NCBI GenBank assembly: GCA_900315525.1
Contig: OMZO01000013.1
Span: 2,646 to 66,645 of the forward strand
From: an uncultured Prevotella sp.
GTDB lineage: Bacteria; Bacteroidota; Bacteroidia; Bacteroidales; Bacteroidaceae
DNA: 64,000 bases
Direction of reading: 5' to 3'
In this document: positions 46,452-54,410 of the stretch, one piece after another
Layout of the letters: each line of letters begins with the position of its first letter
Position numbering within the stretch: position 1 is the first letter of the stretch
The notes under the pieces: model-generated
Database searches by the model: none
Told to the model about the DNA's origin: nothing
The model's input: only the letters and a program-made list of their open reading frames with translations
Translations under genes and position numbers: made by a program

Positions 46452-46486
46452 GGAGGCCGAGAGCCCTCGCCCCCTTTTTTACCTTT
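46452..46486. terminator. GC-rich hairpin with flanking T/A tracts downstream of the HU-like gene
   Basis: GGCCGAG-AGCC-CTCGCCC is an imperfect hairpin with T-runs on both strands. Confidence 0.45.
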
Positions 46487-46502
46487 TTACCCTTAAATCA
46501 TC

Positions 46503-47054
46503 TTAATCCTGGTCTAGCCCATCACCGTCATCGGGATTCTGCGGATCCCCTCCCGCGGTCTCTGAGCCCGTCGAAGAGCCGCCCTTCGCTGCCGCGATCT
46601 CAGCCTTGGTCTTGTCGCTCCAAGCGAGCTTCACGTCCTTCTTGAGCTCCTCGCGCGTGAAGTCGCCCGTTGACTGCGCCAACAGCTTCACCACCCTCAC
46701 GGCAGGACCCGTCTTCTGACCCTCGGCCAGCGTGCCGATGGTAGCCGAGGCCACCTTGTCCTGCTCAGCGTCGTAGAGCGTGTCGAGCGCATTGGCCTCC
46801 ACCGTCGCCTTGAAGATAGCCAGGTTGCCCACCTTCACGGTGTTGCCGCTGAGCACCATCTCACGCGTACACTTCACGAAGTCGGTCAGCACGCCCACGA
46901 TCAAGCCCTCAGAGAAGGCCGTGTTGTGCTCCGCCATGTGATGGGCCATGTCGTGGATGTCCATCGCCTGTTTGTAACTCACGCGGGCATACAGCTTTCC
47001 CGCCTGTTCAGATTCCGAATTCTCGGTCACCTTTGAAAGATACAGTTCAATCAT
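46503..47054 (-). CDS. HU-like (histone-like) DNA-binding protein with an extended Gly/Asp-rich C-terminal tail
   Basis: 183 aa. The N-terminal two-thirds resemble the Bacteroidales HU-fold family (GNTVKVGNLAIFKATVEANAL). The tail is SSTGSETAGGDPQNPDDGDGLDQD. GC content is high. Confidence 0.65.
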   Translation of the reverse strand: MIELYLSKVTENSESEQAGKLYARVSYKQAMDIHDMAHHMAEHNTAFSEGLIVGVLTDFVKCTREMVLSGNTVKVGNLAIFKATVEANALDTLYDAEQDKVASATIGTLAEGQKTGPAVRVVKLLAQSTGDFTREELKKDVKLAWSDKTKAEIAAAKGGSSTGSETAGGDPQNPDDGDGLDQD

Positions 47055-47150
47055 AACTTTTAAATATTTTTCGTGGTACTATATTATTAAGTGAGCCAGT
47101 TTCACCGGGTGGCTCAAATCCCGCTTGTAACCAACACTTTGATCACATTG

Positions 47151-47158
47151 CAAAGATA
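47151..47158 (-). promoter_or_regulatory. -7 promoter box TATCTTTG for the HU-like gene
   Basis: Plus-strand CAAAGATA, giving a leader of about 90 nt. Confidence 0.45.
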
Positions 47159-47264
47159 CAAAACATTCCTGATATTACCAAACATTTTCGCAAGAAAAAT
47201 ACATAAAAAAGCATTTTTTCGCCCCGAAAAAGCACTTCTTCGCCCGCCACCAGAGAAAGGCTGG

Positions 47265-47301
47265 TTATCGCCCAATAACGAACCATTATCGCCCAATAAC
47301 G
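47265..47301 (+). repeat. Two exact 16-bp direct repeats (TTATCGCCCAATAACG) with 21-bp periodicity, followed by the palindrome AATAACGGCGGGTTATT
   Basis: The copies are at 47265-47280 and 47286-47301. A third degenerate unit (TTATTACCACC) follows. Confidence 0.85.
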
Positions 47302-47327
47302 GCGGGTTATTACCACCTTAATAAGCT

Positions 47328-47526
47328 GAAGTAAGAAAGTAGGAAATGCGGAAAGTGGACATTTAGTGTTTTTGAACACAGAAAAGAGACATTATAAGTA
47401 TAAGTTTTATATTAATATTATTAATTATTTACTAATTATAGTTAATAGAATCTTTTAATATCTCCTCTAAAATACCTAAATGTCCACTTTCCTACTTTCC
47501 TACTTTTCTACTTTCCATCTACTTTG
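47328..47526. repeat. Inverted arrays of 8-bp iterons (GAAAGTRG / CYACTTTC), including a perfect 17-bp inverted repeat, flanking a 109-bp core of roughly 80 percent AT
   Basis: The left arm is GAAGTAA GAAAGTAG GAAATGCG GAAAGTGG ACATTTAG (47328-47366). The right arm is CTAAATGT CCACTTTC CTACTTTC CTACTTTTC TACTTTCC (47476-47516). GGAAAGTGGACATTTAG at 47350-47366 is the exact reverse complement of 47476-47492. Confidence 0.85.
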
Positions 47527-47731
47527 GGATGAAATTCCCTTGCTGAAATTTTGGTATTCCTGCGCGGTGCTGCTCATCGTGAGCAGCACCGTGATGGTGG
47601 CTTACCAAGTGGTCGAGATCGACAACGTGGCGGGCGGGCTGCTCTACTATGTGGCGCAGTCGTTCCTGCTGGCCGGCTCGATCTTCGGACTGGATCAGTA
47701 TCTCCGTATCATAAAAAAAGCACTATCATGA
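47480..47731 (+). CDS. Small hypothetical membrane protein (up to 83 aa, 2 TM); start uncertain
   Basis: The GC3-rich coding signal begins near 47540. The TM segments are FWYSCAVLLIVSSTVMVAY and GGLLYYVAQSFLLAGSIFGL. ATG 47480 lies inside the right inverted-repeat arm. Confidence 0.5.
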   Translation: MSTFLLSYFSTFHLLWDEIPLLKFWYSCAVLLIVSSTVMVAYQVVEIDNVAGGLLYYVAQSFLLAGSIFGLDQYLRIIKKALS

Positions 47732-47812
47732 AAAACCAAACGAATAACCCTTCGTCCAGCCCCGCCACTTCGTCCGCTTCGGCTACTACCGCTGATATGC
47801 AAATATTTTTTA

Positions 47813-47830
47813 GGCACGGATATACACGGC
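47813..47830 (+). repeat. Solo left arm of the GGCACGGATnnACACGGC repeat family
   Basis: GGCACGGATATACACGGC, followed by the palindrome TTTAAATATATTTAAA. Confidence 0.7.
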
Positions 47831-47844
47831 TTTAAATATATTTA

Positions 47845-47877
47845 AAGACACGGAAGCCTCGCTGGCTTCCGTGTCTT
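47845..47877. terminator. Perfect 14-bp hairpin terminator downstream of uxuB
   Basis: AAGACACGGAAGCC-TCGCT-GGCTTCCGTGTCTT. Confidence 0.75.
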
Positions 47878-47904
47878 CGTTCGTCTATTTTATGTGTGCG
47901 GGAC

Positions 47905-49491
47905 TTAGCGGGCCTGCACGTATTTGTGGAGCGTCTTGCGGACTGCACCGGGACCGGCGTAGAGCTCCTTGACATAGCCCTCGATCTGTTCGCCGAGGCC
48001 TGCCTCATAGAGGTCGAGGCCGAAGACATCCTTGCGGCTGTAGAGTTGGCGCAGGGGGCTCCAGTCCTGATCGGGCTTGCCAATCTCGAGGGGAGCGACG
48101 ATGGCCTGCAGCTCGGCGAGCATGGGGTCTGGCGACGGCTCAAACGGAGTGAGGTCGTCTTTCAGTCCCTTCAGGTAGCGGGCATAGCCTGCCAGCGTGA
48201 GGGGGATGAGCACGAGGTTAGACATGTCGAGGCCGCGAGCCACATACTTCTTGATGGTCTCACCGAAGCGGATGGGGAGCTTCTGGGAGGTGTCCATGGC
48301 GATGCGCTGAGGAGCGTCGGGCATGAAGGGGTTCGGCAGACGGCGGTTGATGACGGCACCGATGAACTCGTAGGGGTTGAGCACGCCCGGATCGGTGACG
48401 ACGGGCATTGCCTCCATATAACCGATCTTCTGGATGAAGGGGCGCAGGTCTTCGTCGGCCATCTCGGCAGAGATGAGGGTGTAGCCCAGCATGCAGCCGT
48501 AGATGGACATCGCCGTGTGGAGTGGGTTGAGACAGGTGGTGACCTTCATGGTCTCTACCTTATCGACGGTCTCGCGCGTGGTGTAGAGGGCACCGCCGAG
48601 GTCGAGTGGGGGACGACCGTTGGTGTAGTGGTCCTCGATGACGAGGTACTGCACCTCTTCGGCATTCACGAAGGGAGCGGTGAAGGTGTGGCGCTCGGTC
48701 TCGATGTAGTTGTTGTCGTCGAAGCCGTCGGCAGCGAGCATCTCCTTGACCTTCTCATGAGGACGCGGGGTGATCTTGTCGATCATCGACCAGGGGAAGG
48801 TGATCTTCTGCTCGTCCTTCAGGTAGTCGAGGAAGGCGGCGGGCACGAGTCCGTCGTTGACCCAGCGCTCGGCATAGGCGAAGACGCCAGCCTTGACCTT
48901 GTCGCCATTGTGCGAGCAGTTGTCCATCGACTGTACGGTGAGGGGCAGCTGTCCGGCCTGCCAGCGCTCGTAGAGCAGTGCGCAGACCTTACCCATGGCG
49001 AAGAGTGGCTGCATGCCGCGTGCGAGGTCGGCCTCGTTGAAGCTGTAGCCCTTCTCGGTGATGGTGAAGGAGATCATCTGCAGGCTCGGGTTGCGGAAGA
49101 TCTCGACGAGGCGCTGCCAGTCGGGGAACTGGGGATCGGCCTTGAGGGCCTCGGTGACGCTGGCGATGACCTTCTTCTCGATGGTGCCTGTCGATTGGAG
49201 GCTGACGAGCAGGGAGAGGTTGTTATAGGGGGTGTAGGCCTTGTCGATGACCTCGAAGTCGAAGGTCTCGGCGACGATGACGCCACGATCGTACTTGCCT
49301 GTGTTCAGGGCGTCGTTGAGGATGGCAGCGGGGAAGGCACGGAAGATGTTGCCTCCGCCGAAGTGTACCCATGTAGGTTCCTTGGCCGTCTTCTCGCGCA
49401 CGGCCTTGATATCGAATTTGGGGAGTTGGTAGCCCTTGGCTTCCCACTCAGCGGCATTATAATTACCGCTAAATATATCATTTAATCTCAT
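47905..49491 (-). CDS. uxuB: Mannitol dehydrogenase family oxidoreductase (fructuronate reductase / D-mannonate oxidoreductase-like)
   Basis: 528 aa. The N-terminal Rossmann motif is VHFGGGNIFRAF. It lies immediately downstream of uxuA. Confidence 0.8.
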   Translation of the reverse strand: MRLNDIFSGNYNAAEWEAKGYQLPKFDIKAVREKTAKEPTWVHFGGGNIFRAFPAAILNDALNTGKYDRGVIVAETFDFEVIDKAYTPYNNLSLLVSLQSTGTIEKKVIASVTEALKADPQFPDWQRLVEIFRNPSLQMISFTITEKGYSFNEADLARGMQPLFAMGKVCALLYERWQAGQLPLTVQSMDNCSHNGDKVKAGVFAYAERWVNDGLVPAAFLDYLKDEQKITFPWSMIDKITPRPHEKVKEMLAADGFDDNNYIETERHTFTAPFVNAEEVQYLVIEDHYTNGRPPLDLGGALYTTRETVDKVETMKVTTCLNPLHTAMSIYGCMLGYTLISAEMADEDLRPFIQKIGYMEAMPVVTDPGVLNPYEFIGAVINRRLPNPFMPDAPQRIAMDTSQKLPIRFGETIKKYVARGLDMSNLVLIPLTLAGYARYLKGLKDDLTPFEPSPDPMLAELQAIVAPLEIGKPDQDWSPLRQLYSRKDVFGLDLYEAGLGEQIEGYVKELYAGPGAVRKTLHKYVQAR

Positions 49492-49522
49492 AGTTGTTAT
49501 TTTTTTGGCACGCCTTTATAAA

Positions 49523-50776
49523 TTAATCGAAGAATCCGGGTTGTTTATACTCGATGCCGAGTTCACGATCGACGGTGGCGAGGATGCCCTGCACCTGTCC
49601 GAGGGCGAACATGCGTCCCAGGAGGGTGTAGCCTGCGTTATGGCCGTGATGGGTCTCGTCCATGATGCCGCCATCCTTGTCGGTGAAGGTCATGCCGTGA
49701 TCGACGCGCATGGGCAGCTCGGGATTTTCCTTCTCAAAGATGCGGCAGAGCTCGATGAGGTCGGCACGTCCGCCCAGGTGGGAGGCTTCGGTGAAGTCGC
49801 CGTTGGGGAAGATGTGGCAGGAGCGCAGGTGTACGAAGTGGGTGCGCGAAGCGAACTTGCGGGCCATCTCCACGACATTGTTGTAGGCACCTGCCGAGAG
49901 GCTGCCTGCGCAGAAGGTGAGACCGTTGTGCTTGTTGGGCACGGCGTCGAGGAACCACTGGATATCCTCTTCGGTGCGCACGATGCGTGGCAGACCGAGA
50001 ATCTCGATGGGGGGATCGTCGGGGTGGACACACATATTCATGTCGCACTCCTCGCAGACGGGCATGATGGCCTCGAGGAAGTACTTCATGTTCTCGCGCA
50101 GCTGCTTCTTGTCGATGCCTTTATAGAGGTCGAGGAACTCACGGAACTTCTGGACGGGAGCCTCGTCGTTCTCGCTGAAATTTCCTGACACGAAGCCTTG
50201 TGTCTTGATGACGATGTTCTCGACGAGCTTGTGGTCCTTCTCGGGGGTCATGGTCTTGGCGAGTTCGTCGCACTCTGCCAATACGTTGCGGCCCTCACCG
50301 ATGCCGGCAGGGAACTGGAACTGTGCCCACTCCTCGCGTGCGCCTTCGCGCTTCAGGATGTAGATGTCGAAATAGGCAAACTCGGCATAGTTGAAGTAGA
50401 GGTTGGTCGAACCGTTGGGGTTCGTGTGCAGCAGGTCGGTACGGGCCCAGTCGAGCACCGGCATGAAGTTGTAGCAGATGCAGTGGATGCCCTCTGCCGA
50501 GAGGTTGCGCAGCGACTGCTTATAGACCTCAATCTGCTGGTCGCGGTCGGGGCCACCGTATTTGATGGTCTCCACGACGGGGAGGCTCTCTACGACGCTC
50601 CAGCGCATGCCGTAGCTCTCGATGTACTCACGCAGGTCGCGGATCTTCTCGCGGGTCCAGACCTCTCCGAGGGGCACGTCGTGAAGTGCGGTGACGATGC
50701 CCTCAACTCCGATTTGTCTCAGTTGGGCAAGGGTGATCTTGTCTTTCTTGCCAAACCATCTCCATGTTCTTTCCAT
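49523..50776 (-). CDS. uxuA: Mannonate dehydratase
   Basis: MERTWRWFGKKDKITLAQLRQIGVEGIVTALHD is the typical UxuA N-terminus. Length is 417 aa. Confidence 0.9.
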   Translation of the reverse strand: MERTWRWFGKKDKITLAQLRQIGVEGIVTALHDVPLGEVWTREKIRDLREYIESYGMRWSVVESLPVVETIKYGGPDRDQQIEVYKQSLRNLSAEGIHCICYNFMPVLDWARTDLLHTNPNGSTNLYFNYAEFAYFDIYILKREGAREEWAQFQFPAGIGEGRNVLAECDELAKTMTPEKDHKLVENIVIKTQGFVSGNFSENDEAPVQKFREFLDLYKGIDKKQLRENMKYFLEAIMPVCEECDMNMCVHPDDPPIEILGLPRIVRTEEDIQWFLDAVPNKHNGLTFCAGSLSAGAYNNVVEMARKFASRTHFVHLRSCHIFPNGDFTEASHLGGRADLIELCRIFEKENPELPMRVDHGMTFTDKDGGIMDETHHGHNAGYTLLGRMFALGQVQGILATVDRELGIEYKQPGFFD

Positions 50777-50808
50777 ATTATATTTCTTTGATGAATAGTT
50801 TGTAGGTG

Positions 50809-50816
50809 CAAAAGTA
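50809..50816 (-). promoter_or_regulatory. -7 promoter box TACTTTTG for uxuA-uxuB
   Basis: Plus-strand CAAAAGTA, 33 nt upstream of ATG 50776. Confidence 0.5.
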
Positions 50817-50837
50817 GTTCTTTTTTGTTAGACGGGC

Positions 50838-52313
50838 TTATCTTTTTCGCTCAAAAATTTGTTTATTTGTACTATTTGGCGATTTTCCGAGGATTAACTG
50901 TCGGAAATCTATCGGTTTCCTCTTGCCCAGTGGCTTGCCTTCGCTCATGACGGGGGTGCTTTCCTGGTTGTAGCGGTCGGAGGCTGTGACGGCGTAATGG
51001 AGGCCGCGCCCCTTGTGGGGAACGGTGAGCTGCTGCGCCCGCAGGCGACTGGCGATGAGGTTCTCGGGGTTCTTGGTGTCAACAGGCCAGCTTTCGGAGG
51101 CGTATATATTATATAAAAGGTAGTCGGCACCGGAGTTGTCGCGGGCTCCCTGCCAGACGAGTTTGTCGGTGGTCTTGCCACGTGTCACGCGCAGGGTGGT
51201 GACAGCCGACGGTGCCCGTTTCCCGGTCTGAGAGGTCGGTGGGATGAGGGCTGGCGTTCGGTTAAAGTCTTTCGTGAAGCTATATATGCCTTTTACATTG
51301 TCTGTCAGGAACTTACTGCGGAAGAATGTAATGCCCATGTTGAGGTTGCGCAGCACGTTCATTTCGCGGCTGATGACATCGAGACTCCAGTTGCGCTCCT
51401 TCGGGTGGAGCATATAGACGGCGAGTCCGGCAGCCACCTGTCGGCCATAGCTGTGCTCCTGCCAGTCGACGGCGAAGGGGTAGAAGTTGTTGCCCTGGAA
51501 GTACATCATCGGGAAGAGGGCATCCATCAGTCCGTCGCGCAGCCAGCCCTGTGCATCCTGGCAGACGGCGGTGTTGGCATTCCAGCCGCCACTGCGGAAG
51601 CGGCTGAGGTCGTCGTACTTGCCTACGGGTGAGCACGACAGCTTCACCCAGGGTTTCTCGGCCTTCACGGCATGATGAATTTTGCGGACGATATCGGTGA
51701 TGTTGCGGCGCCCCTGTTCGCGGCTGACCTTCAGTTTCCAGGTCTCGGGGTAGCGGATATAGTCGAGGTGGATGCCGTCGATGTCGTAGCGGCGCGTCAC
51801 CTCACGGCAGAAGCGGGCGATGTAGTCGCCGGTCTGTGGCATCTCGGGGTTCATGTAGCCCTCCTCACCCGACTTCACGATGAGTTTCGGGAAGCGCTGG
51901 CGCATCAGCTTGCAGCCGTCGGTGTTCCACTTGCCTACGGGGATGGTGACGATCCATGCATGGCACTCCATGCCGCGCTTGTGGCACTCGTCGATACAGA
52001 ACTGGAGGACATCGTAGCCGGGAGATCGGCCCGTCTGTCCTGTGAGACAGGCATCCCATGGCTCGCTGTCGTGGGGGAAGACGGTGGTGGCTCTCACGCG
52101 CGTCTGAAATAATATGGTATTGATGTTGGCGCGCTGCAGCTGGTCAAGGATGCTGATGAGCTCCTGCTTCTGTCGGCTCGCGGAGTGGGAGTGGGGCCAG
52201 TCGAGCCCCTGAATCGTGGTGAGCCATACGGCACGTATCTCATGTTTTGGAGACTCTGCTGAGGCGGTTTGGACCAGCAAAAAGAATAGAATGATGCGTA
52301 TTATTGTTTTCAA
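50838..52313 (-). CDS. GHL10 (DUF187/YngK-like) glycoside-hydrolase-like secreted protein
   Basis: EIRAVWLTTIQGLDWP...INTILFQTR...GIHLDYIRYP are GHL10-type motifs. The start is probably TTG 52313 (MKTIIRIILFFLLVQTASA), because the -7 box sits inside the longer ORF that begins at 52370. Confidence 0.75.
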   Translation of the reverse strand: MKTIIRIILFFLLVQTASAESPKHEIRAVWLTTIQGLDWPHSHSASRQKQELISILDQLQRANINTILFQTRVRATTVFPHDSEPWDACLTGQTGRSPGYDVLQFCIDECHKRGMECHAWIVTIPVGKWNTDGCKLMRQRFPKLIVKSGEEGYMNPEMPQTGDYIARFCREVTRRYDIDGIHLDYIRYPETWKLKVSREQGRRNITDIVRKIHHAVKAEKPWVKLSCSPVGKYDDLSRFRSGGWNANTAVCQDAQGWLRDGLMDALFPMMYFQGNNFYPFAVDWQEHSYGRQVAAGLAVYMLHPKERNWSLDVISREMNVLRNLNMGITFFRSKFLTDNVKGIYSFTKDFNRTPALIPPTSQTGKRAPSAVTTLRVTRGKTTDKLVWQGARDNSGADYLLYNIYASESWPVDTKNPENLIASRLRAQQLTVPHKGRGLHYAVTASDRYNQESTPVMSEGKPLGKRKPIDFRQLILGKSPNSTNKQIFERKR

Positions 52314-52340
52314 AATGTTGCTTTTTATAAAAATTTGCTG

Positions 52341-52348
52341 CAAAGTTA
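52341..52348 (-). promoter_or_regulatory. -7 promoter box TAACTTTG for the GHL10 gene
   Basis: Plus-strand CAAAGTTA, 28 nt upstream of TTG 52313. Confidence 0.45.
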
Positions 52349-52380
52349 GTGTTTTTTTCTCATTTCTCAAATAAAAACAC

Positions 52381-52388
52381 TACTTTTG
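52381..52388 (+). promoter_or_regulatory. -7 promoter box TACTTTTG for cstA
   Basis: Matches TAnnTTTG, 31 nt upstream of ATG 52419. Confidence 0.5.
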
Positions 52389-52418
52389 CAACAAAATAAT
52401 TCAAAAACAAGAGAAAAG

Positions 52419-53832
52419 ATGATTTCATTCTTAGTGAGCCTTGTGGCTCTGATTGTGGGTTATCTGCTATACGGACGCTTTGTGGAGAAGGTGTTTGCGC
52501 CAGATGACCGTGTGACGCCTGCTGTGGCTAAGGCCGACGGCTTGGATTACATCGTGCTTCCAAACTGGAAGATCTTCATGATCCAGTTTCTGAACATTGC
52601 GGGAACAGGTCCTATCTTCGGTGCCATCATGGGTGCGAAGTTCGGTCCTGTGGCCTATCTGTGGATTGTCTTCGGCTGTATCTTCGCGGGTGCGGTGCAC
52701 GACTATCTGACGGGTATGCTCTCCATGCGTCACGACGGCGCCAGTCTGCCGAATCTGGTTGGTAATTATCTTGGCGACACCACCAAGGGCGTGATGCTCG
52801 TGTTCACGGTGCTGCTGTTGATCATGGTGGGAACGGTGTTCGTATATTCGCCGGCAGAGATCCTGCATACCATCAGTGGTGATACGATGATGTGGGTGGC
52901 TATCATCTTCTTCTATTATATCATCGCCACGATGCTGCCTATCGATAAGATCATCGGCAAGGTGTATCCGCTGTTTGCCTTCTCGCTGCTGTTCATGGCA
53001 GGTGCGCTGATGGTACTACAACATGGGTACGGCCACGCATCCCGATAAGTTCGCCGACAGCATATTCCCGGCTCTGTTCATCACTATCGCCTGTGGTGCT
53101 ATCTCTGGCTTCCACGGTACGCAGAGTCCGCTGATGGCGCGCTGCGTGAAGAGTGAACGGATGGGCCGCCCCATTTTCTACGGAGCTATGATTACGGAAG
53201 GTATCGTGGCGCTGATCTGGGCGTCGGTGGCATCCTGGTTCTTCTATGGCAACCCAGCTCCTGGCTATGATCTGATAGAGGGTGCTACGAAGGGCTTCCA
53301 GACTTCTGCGCCGGCCGTGGTGAATCTCGTCTGTAACGAGTGGCTGGGTGTGGCTGGTGCCGTGCTGGCCATGCTGGGTGTGGTGGCAGCGCCGATCACG
53401 TCGGGTGATACGGCTTTCCGTTCTGCCCGTCTGATTGTGGCCGAGTGGCTGAAGCTCGACCAGCGCCCCATTCCGAAGCGTCTCCTCATCTGCGTGCCGT
53501 TGTTTGCCATTTCTATCGGGATGCTCGTCTGGCAGATAGAGAATCCTGACGGCTTCAACACCATCTGGCAGTATTTCGGCTTCTCGAACCAGGCACTCAG
53601 CGTGTTTACGCTCTGGGCAGCCACCGTCTATCTCGTACGCGAGAAGAAGGCTTTCTGGATCACGCTGATTCCGGCACTTTTCATGACGACGGTGTGCTCG
53701 ACGTTCTTCTTCGTCTCGAAGCAGATGCTCCATCTCCCGGAGTCGGTGGGCTATCCCCTCGGTGGCGTTTGCCTGGTAGTGGCTATCGTGTGGTTCTGCA
53801 TCTGGTATAGGAAAGAAACAAAACAACAATAA
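52419..53832 (+). pseudogene. cstA: Carbon starvation protein CstA (short form) interrupted by a +1 frame change near 53011-53048
   Basis: The N-terminal part (MISFLVSLVALIVGYLLYGRF...FLNIAGTGPIFGAIMGA) ends at the stop at 53046-53048. The C-terminal part (IFPALFITIACGAISGFHGTQSPLMARC...) is open in the +1 frame from 53011 to 53832. Together they make about 470 aa, a typical length. Confidence 0.7.
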
Positions 53833-53851
53833 ATCAAACCAAAAAGGAATT

Positions 53852-54370
53852 ATGAAAAAAGTATTCATGTCAATGATCGCCCTGATGATGGCGATGAGTG
53901 TTAATGCACAGAAGTATCTCAATGATAGCGGTACACCGTTCGAAGAGGGAAAGTTCTACGTAGGTGCTTCGTTCTCTGGTCTGGGCGTGAACTACAGTAA
54001 GGCTACAGACTGGACACTGGGCCTGCAGGCCAAGGGCGGTTACCTGTTCCTCGACAACTGGATGCTGGTCGGTGTGTTCGACTATGTCAACAGATCCAAC
54101 GGTTCGTCGATCGCTGTGAATATCGGTGCCGGTGCGCGCTACTATTTCGACCAGGTCGGTATCTATACCGGTATCACAGCCAAGTACTCTCACGACAAGG
54201 TGAGCGGTGTGAAGGGTTACGATGACTTCAAGCCCGAGATCTATGCAGGCTATGCCTTCTTCCTGAGCCATCACGTGACCATCGAGCCAGAAATCTACTA
54301 CGAGCACAGCTTCCACGATACAGACTATTCTGGTTTTGGACTGAGACTGGGCTTCGGCTACTTCTTTTAA
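53852..54370 (+). CDS. Small outer-membrane beta-barrel protein (OmpW/OmpA-barrel-like)
   Basis: The signal peptide is MKKVFMSMIALMMAMSVNAQ. The sequence has alternating amphipathic strands and ends GLRLGFGYFF. Confidence 0.75.
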   Translation: MKKVFMSMIALMMAMSVNAQKYLNDSGTPFEEGKFYVGASFSGLGVNYSKATDWTLGLQAKGGYLFLDNWMLVGVFDYVNRSNGSSIAVNIGAGARYYFDQVGIYTGITAKYSHDKVSGVKGYDDFKPEIYAGYAFFLSHHVTIEPEIYYEHSFHDTDYSGFGLRLGFGYFF

Positions 54371-54410
54371 TTGATCTGCGCAGAATGAATAACAAAAACA
54401 GAAGAAAGAT

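Noticed and set aside
46381-46486. A possible plus-strand sRNA from a TACTTTG-like box to the hairpin at 46452-46486
   Set aside because: The box lacks one spacer nucleotide of the TAnnTTTG consensus. The hairpin is adequately explained as the terminator of the convergent HU-like gene.
47091-47379. ORFs 47091-47321, 47114-47296 and 47143-47379 in the HU-upstream region
   Set aside because: They are driven by the 21-bp direct repeats (LSPNN repeats). They have AT-rich non-coding composition and contain the promoter box of the HU-like gene.
47265-47526. CRISPR array or chromosomal oriC as an explanation for the repeat cluster
   Set aside because: The repeats are 8-21 bp with no unique spacers of CRISPR size, and there are no cas genes. 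No cluster of TTATCCACA-type DnaA boxes and no dnaA/dnaN neighbours are visible, so an oriC call is unsupported.
47728-47835. A 35-aa Ser/Thr/Pro-rich ORF (MKNQTNNPSSSPATSSASATTADMQIFFRHGYTRL) coupled by ATGA to the small membrane ORF
   Set aside because: It could be real, but it has no motif, its 3' end is made of the GGCACGGAT repeat arm, and it is too short to support from sequence alone.
47896-49485. A 529-aa plus-strand ORF almost exactly coextensive with uxuB on the opposite strand
   Set aside because: Its composition (G/E/V/D/L/H-rich, no recognisable motifs) is typical of a shadow ORF antisense to a GC3-rich gene. The minus-strand product has a clear Rossmann motif and a UxuB-like sequence.
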